A stretch of 64,000 nt of DNA from Phoronis australis (Eukaryota > Animalia > Phoronida). The notes under the pieces are model-generated. The model had not been told where the DNA came from. It saw only the letters and a program-made list of their open reading frames with translations, and did no database searches. Both the position numbers and the translations under genes were made by a program. The stretch lies in NCBI GenBank assembly GCA_002633005.1, contig NMRA01000156.1, positions 708,488-772,487 of the forward strand, in the 5' to 3' direction. Shown one piece after another: positions 1-14,700 of the stretch (the first letter of the stretch is position 1; each line of letters begins with the position of its first letter).

Positions 1-2624
1 ACTACTGACTGTAGTGTAGGCCTTGGCCTTTTAAGAGTGTGCCACCGTCTCGACTGGTCCCAACACTCATAGAAACAGTGGAGCTCCTATAGGGGCTTCA
101 TATGCTGGAAGCTTTTCGGCGAATTATGTCTCATATTCATTAAAACATCAACGTTGCGTTGCTTTAAGTACCTTTTACGCATAGAGGGACACCTTGGGTC
201 TTTAGGAGGTCATCGATATCTTTTTAATTCCTCCCGTAATCGAACTTTTTTCGAGCAGTCTTTTGTTGAGTTGCTCCAACTGCTGCATGCCAGTTTGATA
301 ATTGGCCCAAATATGTTGTATAAACAGCAGAATTGATACAAAGCAGAATATGAGCAATGTGTTCAAAAGTTTTAGACTATGTAGTCTCATTTCTTGTCTG
401 ATTTTCAAAATCTAACCACGTATACTTTTCAAGAACTATTCAATTAATGCCTTTTAAAAACTTTCAAAATGAAAATTTGAAAAGTACTATTTTGGCCCTA
501 GTGTGTTTGTTATGGGTCTGATTATCCAGAGAACGATGTCCAGAGGCGATGTAATTGGCTACAACTGCATGGGGTCTTTGATCATTGCGGCAGATTTCAC
601 GTTATGTTAACATGTCAAGTTGGCCAATCTCGACTAGTGAGGGCGTTAACATAGGATTCTTAGCTTTCCCTTGGTCTTGGGGCTTGGACTTGGTTGGTCT
701 TTGTTTGTCTCAATGCTTTAACTAATTCTAGCAGCTCAACGATCACGGGACAACGAACAAAAACTTTTTAGTGCCACTAAGTTCATTTTATCAATTTAGA
801 CAAATTGTATTGATCTTGTAGTAAACATCATCTTCTATTCCATTAGGTATCACCCATCACACGTTGAGTGATATCAATTAATGTTAGTCATTTTCCATAA
901 TTCTCGAGCCATCTAATGCAACCATAACTTACTCCCCCAATGAAATTCCACTGCATTCTTTGGGCCTTTGGACAAGTTTGGGGGCAGTAAGATTACTCTG
1001 TTACGTAGTGGTGTACACAATACAAGTCGCCCAATTGTAGGTGTTACACAATATAGGTTAGAACATGTCAAAAAAAGGAGCAGCTTTTGCGTTTACATTG
1101 CATACGTCTTCTCTTTTAGTTAACCACTTTTTTGCTGTTCAAACGATGAGTAGTTAACCAATTAGCGCTGTTCAAACAATGAAATGGGTCAATTTTCAAC
1201 AGCGCAGTTAGTTTTCATAGTCAGGGAAAGAATGTTCACGAGCAGGCAGTGGCCATTTCCGGCAGCTCTCTCTGTTCCCTTATCCCCAAACGAAAGAAAC
1301 CGGTTACAGAAGTCCTGGCGCTGTGTAAAGTGGCTTCCGATAAAAGGTGCCAGTTGGGAAATGAGATGTAACACCTAATCGAGGTGTGGGTCATTTTATA
1401 AACCAGAATCGTTGAGGCCCCAAAAGTGACCAAAAACTGTCTGGATGATAGCATAACAAGAATGGATGAATTGCACTGTAATTGAAAACTGGCCGTAACT
1501 TGCGCTATTTTTTAGATTTACAGCTTCTAAAACCGAACTCGCTCCTCTAATGAAATGAGAAACTTGGCGCTATGGTCTAGTTATTTGTTTTCCATCCTGT
1601 TCAACTAAAATAGAAGAAACAAATACATGCAAGTCGGACTCTCAAGCAAAAAGCTAGTGCAAGGCTGTTTTTGGATGCTGCGGCAATTATCTATACGCCC
1701 TCATTTAGCTTTTACCAGAAGCAGATGACCAGATGACAAGAATTTTTTTTTTGTGAATGAGTACGATGAGGTACTATCATTGGCCAATTTCTTGTTGTCA
1801 GAGTTGCAAAAACTTAAGTATGGTTGGATGTGTTACAAGTTTCATTGTGAAAGGACCACAAGTGGAATTGTGGCAAATTGAAAAAGCGAGCTTCACTTAA
1901 ATTGTCAACTTTTTGCCCACATCGTTCATTGGCTGTGTTTTGATATCCAGACATACGTACACAGTTTAAGCTAGCTGGCTTAGCCTCCAGGCATTACTCA
2001 AGACTTTAGCAGCTGTTCGACTTCACACAATCACAAGAAATACAAGAATGATCCAATATGACTGCGCAGCAGACATGCTTAGGACAACTCAGGGTATTAA
2101 TAATGTAGTCATAATAATGTTTTCTCTGTTTAATATATGAGCAGATTAGGAACAGCAAGCAGTTCTTTAGTTAAGGGGTGTTAATTTGGGCTAAGGGTCT
2201 CGTGTGATTACCTGAATTCTTGGATTTGAACAACAGGTTGACCATCATTCACTAACGCCATCTTGTGAATTTCAAGGCACCCATTACTCATATTTTGTTG
2301 ACGTGGCCATAGACTATAGTACATGGACTGCCAACTCGGCATTTTCAATGGACGAAATGTGTGATCTTTCGCATAAGCCATGACGTCGCTATTCATTAGC
2401 CACACCTGGTAGACATAGCATGCTTTACTTCCGACAAGTACGTCGTCTGCTATACTGGACAGAAAAATAGATGCAAGAATTTCCTGTCACAATACATTAA
2501 CCGGAAGCTGAGTTTGCTATGGTTAGAAGGGGCGCCCCCTCTAGGATATTTCGCAAGAAAATGTCGGAGTTGTGAATCTGTTGTCTATAATCTATGATGT
2601 GACGAAGACTATTTCCATTCACAG

Positions 2625-2750
2625 GAAGCGAATCTGATAGCACAGAAGAACAAGTGGTAGGAAATGTCAACAAATTCGCAAGTGTTCCACCCGGCTTCTC
2701 TGGACGTCCAAAGAAGGGACACCTCATTTTTGATGCGTGTTTTGAAGCTG
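2625..2750 (+). CDS. AGBL4: AGBL4 exon ([41 protein letters not shown])
   Basis: ttcacag acceptor, GTAAAT donor, phase 1/1. Confidence 0.9.
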
Positions 2751-5700
2751 GTAAATAAACTTTTTATATTCAAATATAATACAGGTACAGGTAAGGACCT
2801 GCAACTCATTGAAAAGCTGTAATTGTTGTTTTTCGAAGTATAGTCATTCTTCAACTTTCCAAAAAATAATTGCCAAAATTTTCACTTTTAGATTTTATGG
2901 AACCTGGTAGCTGGGTTGCTTCAAACTTTTTATTGGCTAAGTGTGATTTTGCATGCTGTCAAATGCAAGCTGTTGGAAAGCAATGTGAAGTGGTCATCGT
3001 TGCTGTCTAGAATGCAGTACAACTTTTATGTAACCAGGTCCTGTTTAAATGAGTACGGCATATACTTAGCCCCCCCCCTTTTCCTCATAGTGGAGCTGTC
3101 CGAGCCAGAAAACCTGACACTAGGGTGATATACACTGGCACTGCCATAAGTAATCAACGGGGGGATGGGAACGGTGGGCAAACGCGAAATTGTTCATGAG
3201 CAGGAGAAATGAGTGGCAACTGGGTGCACTTTGCAATGGACAGGGGGAGCCAAACGCAAAGTTAAAATAATTTTGAACCTCGGAGGTTTCAGTTAACACG
3301 GGGTCATGACCCCCCCTCGTCAACATTTTATGAGGGTACACTTAGGCATTCTGGGAAGACCAAAAAGTGACATTTTGCTGTTACGTATAACTGCTTTCTG
3401 TATGAATTTTGACGTGTCATCTTCGTCCCATTTGTGCAACATAATCGCATTAAAAGAAAGGGAACTCAGTTTAACATTTTGTCATCACGTAGCCAGCTGT
3501 ATATGGGTAAAAACTGAAGCGTGTTATCGGAATAGAACTAAAATTACTTTCAATTGAAACTTCCGTGAAACCAAGTCAGACATTTTTCATTTGGTTAGGT
3601 CATCTCTGAATTAATTAAAATTGTTGTAGTTCCCACACATGTTACTTTCCCTGTCAATTTTTAGTTATTGTTACATTCATATTTTTCACTTTGTCTCTAG
3701 GTAATCTGGGTCGTGTAGACTATATTACAGAATTTGAGTATGACCTATTTATCCGGCCTGATACGTGCAACCCAAGATTCAGAGTCTGGTTCAATTTTAC
3801 AGTAGAAAATGCCAGAGCTGATCAGGTGAGCTGTATTGTATATGTCTGAGCTTTCTTGAAACACAATAGTAAATATTTGGTACTCAACTTTTCGTCGTTG
3901 TGAGAGCGCGGAAGTGATTTGCCAGCTTGACCCAATTTCAAATTCAGGGCAAAGTTTGGCAATGTTTCGATGCACAAAAGGCAGCTAAATATTCATTTCA
4001 TTTTTATTAGAAACCATTTTAATTCTGGCAAAATCTTGACAAAATCTTGACTGATATTGCCCCATGCAGTTTGTCAGAATCCTGGCAACTTACTGTGCGT
4101 GTCCATTCACAACTACTCACTGACTAGGTACAGTAATGTGACATATAAAACGAAGTTTGATAAAATTCTATTTTATTGCAACAAACGTTCAACTAAACTA
4201 AACTGCCTAATATTTCTGGCAATAATTTCATCCAACTTTGGCAGAGTCTGGCCGAGTTCATTTGTCGAAGCATGTGCCAAGTCCCCAGATATCGCTTCAC
4301 TGTGGTCAGCACAGTGTCTCTCAATCATCTGCCTTTTTCTACTGGTTTTGTTTGTTTTATTAGCTCACAATAAATGCTTCATGCTTAGCTTTGTATTAGC
4401 ATTTACCCTCTTGTGATGTCTAGTGTATCTACTTAACAGCAGAGAAGGTGATGCTACTATACGGCCTTCATACGTCGGAAGCTTTTCGCCGAATTATGCC
4501 TCACACTGATTAAACCATCAAGTCACGTTGCTCTAAGCACCTCTTGCACGTAAAGAGACACCTTTGGAGGTCTTCATTTACTTTACTTCCTTCCAACTCT
4601 AACATATACTCCCGAGCTGTCCTTCGTTCAGTTGCCCAAATTGGCAACTGACCATTTTTACGCTGCACTCTTCAGGAGATATGACATATTTCAGATATAG
4701 GCCCATGGTAATACCAAACTATAACCAAATATGCCTGGCAATTCTAAAGATACAGAGGCAATCGTTCATTAGGAGGCCCATTGCTAGTCACAATGGGTGC
4801 ACCTATATCCGATTTAATGTGTGGGCCAATGCAGGGGACATTATCTGAACTTACATACAAAACTTACACTTGCACTACTACTACTTCCTCTACTATCTGC
4901 TACTAGTATTACCACCACTACTTCTACTGCTACTTGTAACTGTTGCTGCTGTTACTGCTACTACTGTTACTATTTACTTTTAGTACTACTACTATTACTA
5001 CTACAACAGTACTACAACTACCACTACAACTACCATACTACTACCATTACCGCTATTGCTACTACTACTGCTACTAACAGTACCATACTACTACCGCTAC
5101 TGCTACCACTACTAGCAGTACCATTACTACTACTACTACCACTACCAAAACCACCGCCACCACTACCACTGCTACTAGTACTACTGCTAGTACTACTACT
5201 AGTATTGCGACTAGTACTACTTCTAGTACTGCTACTAGTACTACTACTAGTACTACTACTAGTACTACTTCTAGTACTACTACTAGTACTACTACTAGTA
5301 CTACTACTAGTACTGCTACTAGTACTACTTCTAGTACTACTACTAGTACTGCTACTAGTACTACTTATAGTACTACTAATAGTACTACTAATAGTACTAC
5401 TACTAGTACTACTACTAGTACAAATATTAGTACCACCACCACTACAGTAAACTCACACAAGTCCGACATTTATGAATCAGATTTTCACTGATCTCTCATG
5501 AAGTCCGCAGTGCGGTTGGATCCGAGTTTTACCAGTTTCCCTGTGAGTGGAAATAAACCTGTTATTTTCTTGTTATTCTGTGTTCCAGCGCGTAATTTTC
5601 AACATAGTCAACTTCAGTAAGACCAAGTCACTGTACAGAGAAGGAATGACGCCAATGGTCAAGTCGTCAAGTAGGCAAAAGTGGTAGGTCAAAAGCCACA

Positions 5701-8700
5701 CAAATGGTCCGGCAATGTGTAGCAATTTCTGGTTGGCACAGCAAGTGCTTACCTATGATAATTTCTCCAAATTCTTTAGAGGACTGTTATGTGCTCAAGC
5801 CAAGTGAGTAAATTAATATATAAAGAGTGTAGACAGCTGTGAGCACTTGTTGTCATCTCTGCTCCCCTAATGAAACTGGCAATTGTCTGTGGTTTTTGCT
5901 ATGCATATCATATTCCCGTCAGTACCCCGATGAAGGGCCCACGATGGGCTCGAAAGCTAGGTCCACAAACGCAAACAGTCACCAATAGGTAACAACTCTA
6001 TCCCCTGTACTGTGTAACAGCACCAGCTATGAACACCTCATTCCGTCATATCCTAACCTGTTTGGATCATTCGGAGTTGAAAAATGAATTGTACCACATA
6101 ATGGATCTGTAGTATGGCTCGTGGCGTAAATGAACCTTTTACTTCTGAACTGAATCAGTTCTCAAGGAGCTGGAGGGTTTGGCATAAAATTTCGTCATGA
6201 TGACTGTTGTGCAGTGTTGTAGAGCAACTGATAAGAGTCTTTCATACTAACGTCGAAGCGTCGATGTTTTGGTGAATTGCGGTCAGTATGAACGCTTTAC
6301 TTCGGTCCAGGACCGAAGTTAACAGCGCCAGTTAACTTTGCACTAAACAGGTGGATTTAAGAGCGGAGCGTCGACGCTGTGGTGCAGTATGAACGGTCAA
6401 CTTTGGTTCTATAGAAGTTTTCGCCAGGTGCCTCTGTTATCGTCAACAATTACAGGATAGTGCCGTGGCTAATAGTTGCTTATATTTTGCTCTAATAATC
6501 AATAATTGATTTAAAAATAAGTTTTATGTCTATTAGTACATGTAAATGTTCCCAAATTGTCACATTGAAAGAAGTCTTAGAGTGCAGCACCACCTTGCGG
6601 TAAGTTCGATGACGACAGCGTCACCTACCGTTTACTTTGATGTTCATTAACTACCAAAGCCAGTATGAACGGTCCAGTTAACTTCGCTGTTTACGTCAAT
6701 GCTGCCTTCAGACTGGAGTTAAGTCAATATGAAAAGGCCTATAGAATTCTTTGATGGAAATTAAAAATCAGTTGAAGTAATGTCCATTGATCTCCAACTC
6801 TTGTGTAAGGTTTTGTTACGTTACCTGTTGGTTGACAAGGAACCCAAACACTGTCTGTAAAATGTGTAGTCGAAGCCTGCCAGAGGAGGAATACTTCTTT
6901 AGTCTTATGCATTTTTGAAATTACTTTTCACAGGGTCCGTATTCCAGCAAAGCACGTGTATTACTACCGATGTCCTGACCACCGCAAAAACTATGTCATG
7001 TCGTTTGCATTCTGCTTCGATCGGGAGAACGACGTATACCAGTTTAGCTACTGTTACCCGTATTCCTACACCAGGTTACAAAACTATTTGGACAACCTGG
7101 AGAAGAGGAATCTCAACTTCTTCACTAGAGAGCTGCTCACATTGACAGTTGTAAGTGGAAAGAGATGATGGTTCAGCAATGGTGTCTTACAGGGGTCCTG
7201 GATTTTGAGAAATAGTTTGATGCCCATTATTTAATTGAGAAAACTTGTTTTCAGAAAGGTGGAACCTTATAAGGGACTGTTACTGAATTTATTTCTTGAG
7301 ATGACAAGACATAATGTTCACTCTGTACTTTGGGACACTGGGATCTTTCCAAATTGTGGGGCTGTAATCAAGATGGGAAATTTCTTTCATTCACAACACT
7401 TAGTGACTGAACTTTTTAAGTGAATTGTTTGAACATCCCACCATACAGCCGTTGTGATTTGATAACATGATGATGAACAAAGAATTTGAAAAATGCTGTA
7501 AAATTCTATTGCTATCCAAGTTGCGCGTAAACTACAGATGGTGTTCGACATTTGCATGCTAAATACTCTATCTTTATAGCAACACAAGAAATTTTAGCAT
7601 GTTACTGTGACAGAATATTTCTGTCTGTGTTACCTTAAAAATGGGTGATAGACACTGCTGTATCAAAGTCCTAATTACTTTGGACAGTTGCATCTTTTGT
7701 GTTTGTGCCTTGTAAAATGTGTCATGTAAACGAAACAAAATATTCTCTCAGAGGAAACTGTGGAATGGTATTCTTTTGTTAATATCTTGTTAGTAGGAAG
7801 TCTTGGGTGACAATTAGGGTTTGTTGTTTAAGTCAGGGGCCCCTTTCATGAAAAGTGAAAAGACTTGAATTTGGTCTTGTGATCCTGCTTCACAATTGCG
7901 GAATGAAGGTTTGTCCAAGTAACAATAAGCGAATCACAGTCTATAAATGATTAATAGAAATTATCTCTGTCTGTAACTGGCAGTTGTGTGTATATACTCA
8001 CAGACTGCATTTTTCCTCAAGTGGTAAGATTTATTTTATTTTTTGAAAAATAGTCAATCAGTCAATTTATTTCAGTACTTAGGCCTCCGGCCCATATTCG
8101 AGTATGAAAGTAACAATTAATGCAAGTTGTGTATAGTGTAAGACCAAATCTGACAGCCTCGGGGGTCTGTTTCACAAAACATAACTTAAAGGTATTAAGT
8201 CACTTTTCATGAATCAGACCTCTGTTCACTCTTGGGATCTCATTAGTTACGGTAAAATCTTGCTTTGACTTCAAGGGGTTATAGTCAAAATAGTTTTTTT
8301 TAGAAACATTTAAAAAATGCAATGTTTTCCTATATAAGACTATGGGTTTATAGTGGAAGGTGAGGCTGCGCGCTGGCAAGACGTAAGAACCGTCAAAATT
8401 AATGAAGTGTGGCTTGGCTAAATGTATTGTGTAGAAATGATAAATGCTGAAGTGAATAGCAAGTGCTGTAAAAATGACAAACATGGTCTTATAGGTGAAA
8501 TAATGCATCTCCTGAAAATATTTAATAGGAATGTTACCCTGATATGAGGACCTACTTAAATATAATCCCATAGGCTTATATGCAGGGTTTTGCGGGAACG
8601 CAACATTACTATTCATTGTGTGACAATTTATTATCATCCTACTATCTTTGGAATTGTTATTGTCAGAGCTTGTGATTGTTAGTTATAATCCATTGTCTTA

Positions 8701-11700
8701 CAGCAACAGAGGCGATTAGATCTGTTAACCATTACTAGTCCTGAGAACCTAGATCCCGATCCTGAAGACAAGACTAAAGTGGTGTTCGTTACCGCCCGAG
8801 TCCATCCTGGGGAGACGCCATCTTCATATGTGTGCCAAGGTACTAAAAGGGCTATCGAAATTGAGTCCTGCTAACGCATTAAAACTGCATTTTCTTATCA
8901 TTGTGCTGCCAAAAAAATACAAAAAATGAAGTAAACTCATAAAATTGATTTCATAATGTTTCTTACCATGATAGGACTCAATTTCCAACAGGAACCTGGA
9001 AATCATCAGCGACTCAAGAAAAGGTTTTATAGGGTTGGCCCACCCTAATATTGCAAATTCGAAAGTGACGCATGTATTCGTTGCCTGTGACTTGAGTTGC
9101 GGGCTCATTTGGCATCAAATCCAAGATTGGATGAGTGTGGTCATGTTTTAAAATTCCAAAGAGCTTTGGTTAAGAATTCAACGTTGAGAACTATATGACA
9201 AAATACCCTTGCAATGATAGTTGTAAAATTAGTTTATGTAGCTGGTTCCACTGTGCTCACAGCAATGGAAGATTTGGGTATAGTTACCAAGCAAAAGTCA
9301 ATAATATTCATTGTCATTAATGCCATTTTTTGGTAAAAAAAATAACTTTAACATCACTCTTTTTAGGCTTCATAGATTTTATGGTCAGTAGTCACCCGAT
9401 AGCACGGTTACTTCGGGACTACGTGGTCTTCAAAATTGTACCCATGCTCAACCCTGACGGGGTTTACTTAGGCAATTACAGGTAAGTCTTGGATGGCAAC
9501 TGATGGTGTGATACCTAGTATATACTCAGTGCAGTCAAAAATGCTTCAATTCTGGAATCTGCATCCAAATGGATCTGTTGGGAGGTTAATCTCCACTCAT
9601 TAAAAGCTTGACTGTTAAAATGCAACTTAAGACCAATTTTTGTATGTTGTGCACCAGAACTAGCCATGATCTGTGACCCATTTACAAAAATCACCTCATT
9701 GGGTCTTTGCATTTGTAACAATAAATACAAAAAATATAATCTGGTTCCCCAGAAAAGTCTAATTTAAGTGCCAATGACTTTAACGTGTTTGTTGTAGAAA
9801 TTCAAAGTTTTGTGTGAAAGCTCATGAAGTCGTGTTCAGTTTCAAGTGCGAAAAATTCAGAAACAATAGAAAATTCAAGATTCAACATTTTAAGCAACTT
9901 CCCTTACCTGCCTCTGTGCTAAGATCATTAGGTTTGTAGTTTGGTAATTGTTATAGGCAAAGTTTGAGTGCGCAGAACTCCCGGGCCTTCTAGCAGTCCT
10001 GGGCAGCCATTGTCAAATTTTCAACCATAAATTTCTCTGTCAGTAACACTGTTAGGTGATGCTTGTTTATTCACTGTATGTCATACTACTCACTACTCTC
10101 AAGTTTTCAGCTTTTGTCTCGGGAATTAGCAACATCATCGCTATAACTAAATTTGTTCTTTCCCGGTAACATTCATTTGGCAAATATTTTTTACATATTT
10201 ATGCAGGATCACCTCACCACTGGTGATTGTTGCTTTCCATGAGGGCCCTCAACACACTGTCAGTTACATTATTGTTCACTTCTTTTCATGCGCAGAATTG
10301 TAGGATGACATTTGGATATCCTCCATTTTGACCTTGGTAATTGGCCCATTATGTTGCTCTGCCCAGCAGAATTATTGAACTTGTGGACTATTGTCTAGTT
10401 TTAGGTTATAAAAACTAGGACTGGGCCCTAGGTGGCAAGAGATAATCTGATCATTGCAATGCTCAGACTGTCAGCCTACACAGGATTTGAAATTCAGACC
10501 TCACAAATGTGGGTCGGCAATATAGAAATACTTAAGCTCTACAGTAGGGAACTAACATTGCTCTATTGTATAATCATTTTAATATTTAAGGTTTCATTGC
10601 ATTAAAGTTGGTGTTTGGTGGTTCTGATTGTGAGTTGGTGATGTTATTAATAGTTTTCGTGATCTTCTCATGGTATTTTATAGAGCTTCCCTGATGGGAT
10701 TTGACTTGAATCGTCACTGGCAGGAACCATCGCCGTGGGCCCACCCCACCCTCTATGCCACAAAGAACCTGCTGATGGACATGGATCAGGATGAGGTGAG
10801 ATAGGGTGGAGTAAGATCATTGTAGTCTTGATCACTGCATTGTTATGGTTGGAGTGCTTGGATTATTGCAGGAGGAGTCCCTGAATCGTGGGCTGTACTA
10901 TTGTATTGTTATGATCGATTGATGTGGGTGGAGTCACTAAATCATTGTGGGCAGTACCATTGCATTGTTATGATCAATTGTTGTGGGGGAGTCACTGGCT
11001 CATTGTGGGAGGGATTACTACTTGGTTATGTATGACTTGTGTGGAAGAGTAACTGGATCGTTTTGATCGGAGGCACTGGATGACATTAGGGGTAGGGTGG
11101 TTTGTAGTACTTCATGTGACTTCACAAGATCGGTGGGTGGTAAACGCATTCAGCATTCTCACATTTGTTCCATGTTTTGCTTGCATCCATGGAATAGAAT
11201 TCATCAGTTTTGTCTTGGGTCTTGTGGACAAACTGAACTATTTTTATCCAAAATTTTTTTTAGTTTTCTTGTTAAATATTACTTTGTGTGAAGACCACCT
11301 TCCGCAAAATAACTTGAAGTCCTGAGTTGTTTCTTTGCTGCAGAAAATTGACCTTGATTTCTACATTGACATCCACGCTCACTCCACACTCACCAGTGGT
11401 TTTATGTATGGGAACACCTACGATGACATCACTAGGTTTGAGCGGCAGGCTGTCTTTCCCAAGCTGCTCGCACAAAATGCTGACGATTTCTCAATGAGCA
11501 ACACAAACTTCAACAGGGATGCCGCGAAAGCTGGTGCGGCCAGAAGGTATTTGTATTACCATAAATCTGCGTTATTATAACCATGGTGATGGAAGCTCTG
11601 TTATTTTCCTTGGGCTTTGCGGGTCATAAACAGCTTAGTAATAAACATGTTGCTATCCATTTGTAGCCAATCTTTTAATTGGAGCTGACTATGTCTACTA

Positions 11701-14700
11701 GGCTGTTATGTTGCCCCGTTATCAGGCAACGTCTGATCCTGTTATGGTGTTTTTTTTTCTGCTGATTTAATTTATGCAGTCATTACGATTTTCTTAAATT
11801 TTACTGTCGTGTTTATCATCAGTTGTTGTCTTCTCTAATCAGGTTATATATTGTAATAAAATTAGCAATAACAATAATAATAACAACTTGTTCCTTGAAT
11901 ATCATGGAGACGACTATTCAAAAAAATTTTGTACTAATTAAAATTGTTAGACGAATAAGATGCTTAGAATTTGTGTACAAAAAATCCTCATCACGTGCCC
12001 TTGCATTCTTTAACAGGAACTGTGGAAAAAGTAATTGGTCCCTTGAAAATCAATGGTCGTAAAACCGTCTGCTTTTGTCAAAGTTTATTTTGTCGACTAA
12101 AAATAACTGAAAACTTTGTGAAAACTACTAAAAGCATTTCCAGTTTCAATTACAAACAATTCAAAACTAAGCAAGAGTTTGGCAAATTTAATAGAAGAAT
12201 TACCGCTATTCGATGACATTAAATCTGACTATCATCGCTTGAAGACTGCATTCTCACTTATGTGGGGTACATAGGTGCATGATTTCCTTTACCAAATTTC
12301 AGACTCTGCCTGTTACTATAATTGTATTACTCATTGAGGTGCCAATCCTTTGTTACAGGACTCTGGGTGGTTGTCTTGATGAGAATTGTCATTGCTACAC
12401 ACTAGAGGTCTCTTTCTTCAGCTACAATACAGCTGGATCTAACCAAGCAGTGCCATATAATGAAGAGGGATGTATCCTTTCATTACTTGCAGTGTAGATC
12501 ACATGACTTCAGTACATGCATGCAACCAGCCTTCAATATGGGGCAGCTCGAATTCTTGGTGATGTGGACCTTTTACCAACAAATTAGTCGGTCGGCTAAA
12601 AAAATTTTAAAAAATAAAAAAACAGTACCACTATCGGAGCTGTACGTGTTGTGAATTGTGCATTTGCACCTTTTTAGTGGATTTTTATCTCATTTTCTTG
12701 GACTTTTTGTATCTCTGAGGGGGATGTTTTTGCCCACTTCACCAAATGGGGGGCTCATTTAAGCCCCCCCTGGCTGCGCGTATGCAGTAGTTTTCAAAAT
12801 CAACTACTAATAGACAGACTTTGACAGAACTCTGTCAAACTTGGATCAACGTCTTGCTAGAATTATTTGTAAGTTCAGTCGAACTTTTGTTGCAGTAAAA
12901 TATTGTTTTTGTTGAACTTTTGCCAGAGTTTAATGTGACCTTATGGTGCTTAGCCACCAGTTATAAGTAATAGACTTGCACAGTAAGTTGTGGAGATTTT
13001 GACTGCATGTATAGAACAACACCTGTTGAGATTTAGCCAGAACTGAAAGATACTAGCTGAAAATCTATGGATACTTAGTCGCGCTTTTGTGCGCAATATC
13101 TTTCAATTGACAAATTTTGACGTTGACCAGTTTATTTTGAAAACTAAATAATTTTAGAGAAGCTTTAATCACTGTTGGCTTGTGGTATTCAGGGTAGTCA
13201 AACAACACAGCTGCTGCATTCATAGTTCCTCATGTATAAACACAGCTGTTGGACCCAATAATCTCAGTTCATTGACTCACAAATCTGTACTCGCAGTAAT
13301 AAACATAGTTCCCTGACCATAAATCAGTGCCATGCTCACAAAACACTCACCTTTTGCTCTGACACTGACTACATGCTCCTTGTTGGATGTTCGGTGAGTT
13401 TGTGATTTGAGAGCTGTTTTTTGAGCGTGTGTTGTGAATCGGGGCCATGTTTGTTAGTTGGTGAACTGAAGTCATTGGGCCTGCAAGCCGTGTTTGAGTG
13501 CGGACCTATATTGTTTATGAGTGCCGAAGCTGTTTTTTGGGTAACCTGGTGGAACGGACTTCATTTCTTTATTCTGTCAGTTACTTTCTCAGCAGAAGTT
13601 CAAGGCTGGCCTTTATCGATTGGCTACACGTTAGGCAAATTGAGCCTCGTCTTTGATGTGCGAAAAACGATAACTGTGTTCAGGAAAACTTGTTGTCTCA
13701 AACCTATTGAACCCACATAGTGAGTTTTTTCTCTTCCTTCTGTGAGCAAAAGAAGTCGTGAAGCCAGCACAGGATGTAGAAGGAAACAAATTCCTTTATC
13801 AACAAACGTCGCAGGCAGAACAATCTACTGTTAAGGTAAAATCTCACCAATTTTGGACAAAAATAAAATTTATTTATTACCAAACAGACCTAAGTTCCTC
13901 GAGTTCGTTTTTCAAGCTAGTGGATTCTACAGGGCTTGGAATGACCAATGACAAAAAAAATCGGAAACTTTTACGGCCCAAGTCATGCCCGATAACCAGC
14001 CTTGAAATGGGCAATGTGAACCTTTCCGCGACAAAAATCGGGAGGACTAAAAAAAAAAAAACGTTACCACTATCAGTAGCATGCATCTGCGTCCTTTTCG
14101 CTCGCCCGTCCACTCCCAACCCACACAAATTTGGCTGCAGAGCGGTAGTATTTGTCGCCGCGCTTAACAATAACACGAGCCGCCATTGAAAATCAGACCA
14201 CGCTTTACCCAGATGCCCCGGCAATGTTGACAATTTACGTTCCTCCGAAACATAAAGACTTCCGCTTTCCAAGGTGAACGTCGTCTGCAACGCCGCGGTA
14301 AGAAAGGAATTTGCCGCGGAAATTTCATATCAATTCCGATTTTTTTACGCGGAAATATTATAAAAAAAAGCGGAAAGCACATTTCAAAAAAGCGGAAATC
14401 CGCGTTTCCGCGGAAAATTCCAAGCCCTGATTCTAACATTGTGAATGGTTGCCATGGTAGCTGGGTTACGAAACTTGAACATGAAAAAGCATTTATTTTA
14501 TGCTGCGTATGTTGCGGGGAAAAATGATAAAATGGAATTTTGTTTGTCAGCCATATGATGTTCTAAATTGGACGGATTTTTCCGTATCTCACTCTATTTT
14601 TGTATTGTGCATTCTTAACCAATATCTGCAGACCTTAAACTGGGAAGGAATGTAGCGCGCACATTCCTAGACTACTACAAGCTGACGGGGTTCATCAGTA

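Larger units (their letters stand above)
12472..14631 (+). other. U12-type (minor spliceosome) GT-AG intron of AGBL4
   Basis: 5' site GTATCCTTT at 12472; branch site TTCTTAAC at 14612-14619, about 12 nt before the end of the CAG at 14631; no polypyrimidine tract; splicing restores the Tyr codon T|AC. Confidence 0.9.

Noticed and set aside
85-200. Homology with 4455-4565 as a duplicated exon or LINE ORF
   Set aside because: No shared open frame or recognisable protein motif; treated as an unclassified dispersed repeat.
4821-5450. 209-aa Leu/Val-rich ORF
   Set aside because: It is the translation of a (CTA)n/(CTAGTA) microsatellite in an AGBL4 intron, with a non-ATG start.
13758-14439. Overlapping 91-143 aa ORFs (also 36133-36701)
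   Set aside because: They lie in non-autonomous hAT-like copies, frames are not conserved between copies, and there are no transposase motifs.
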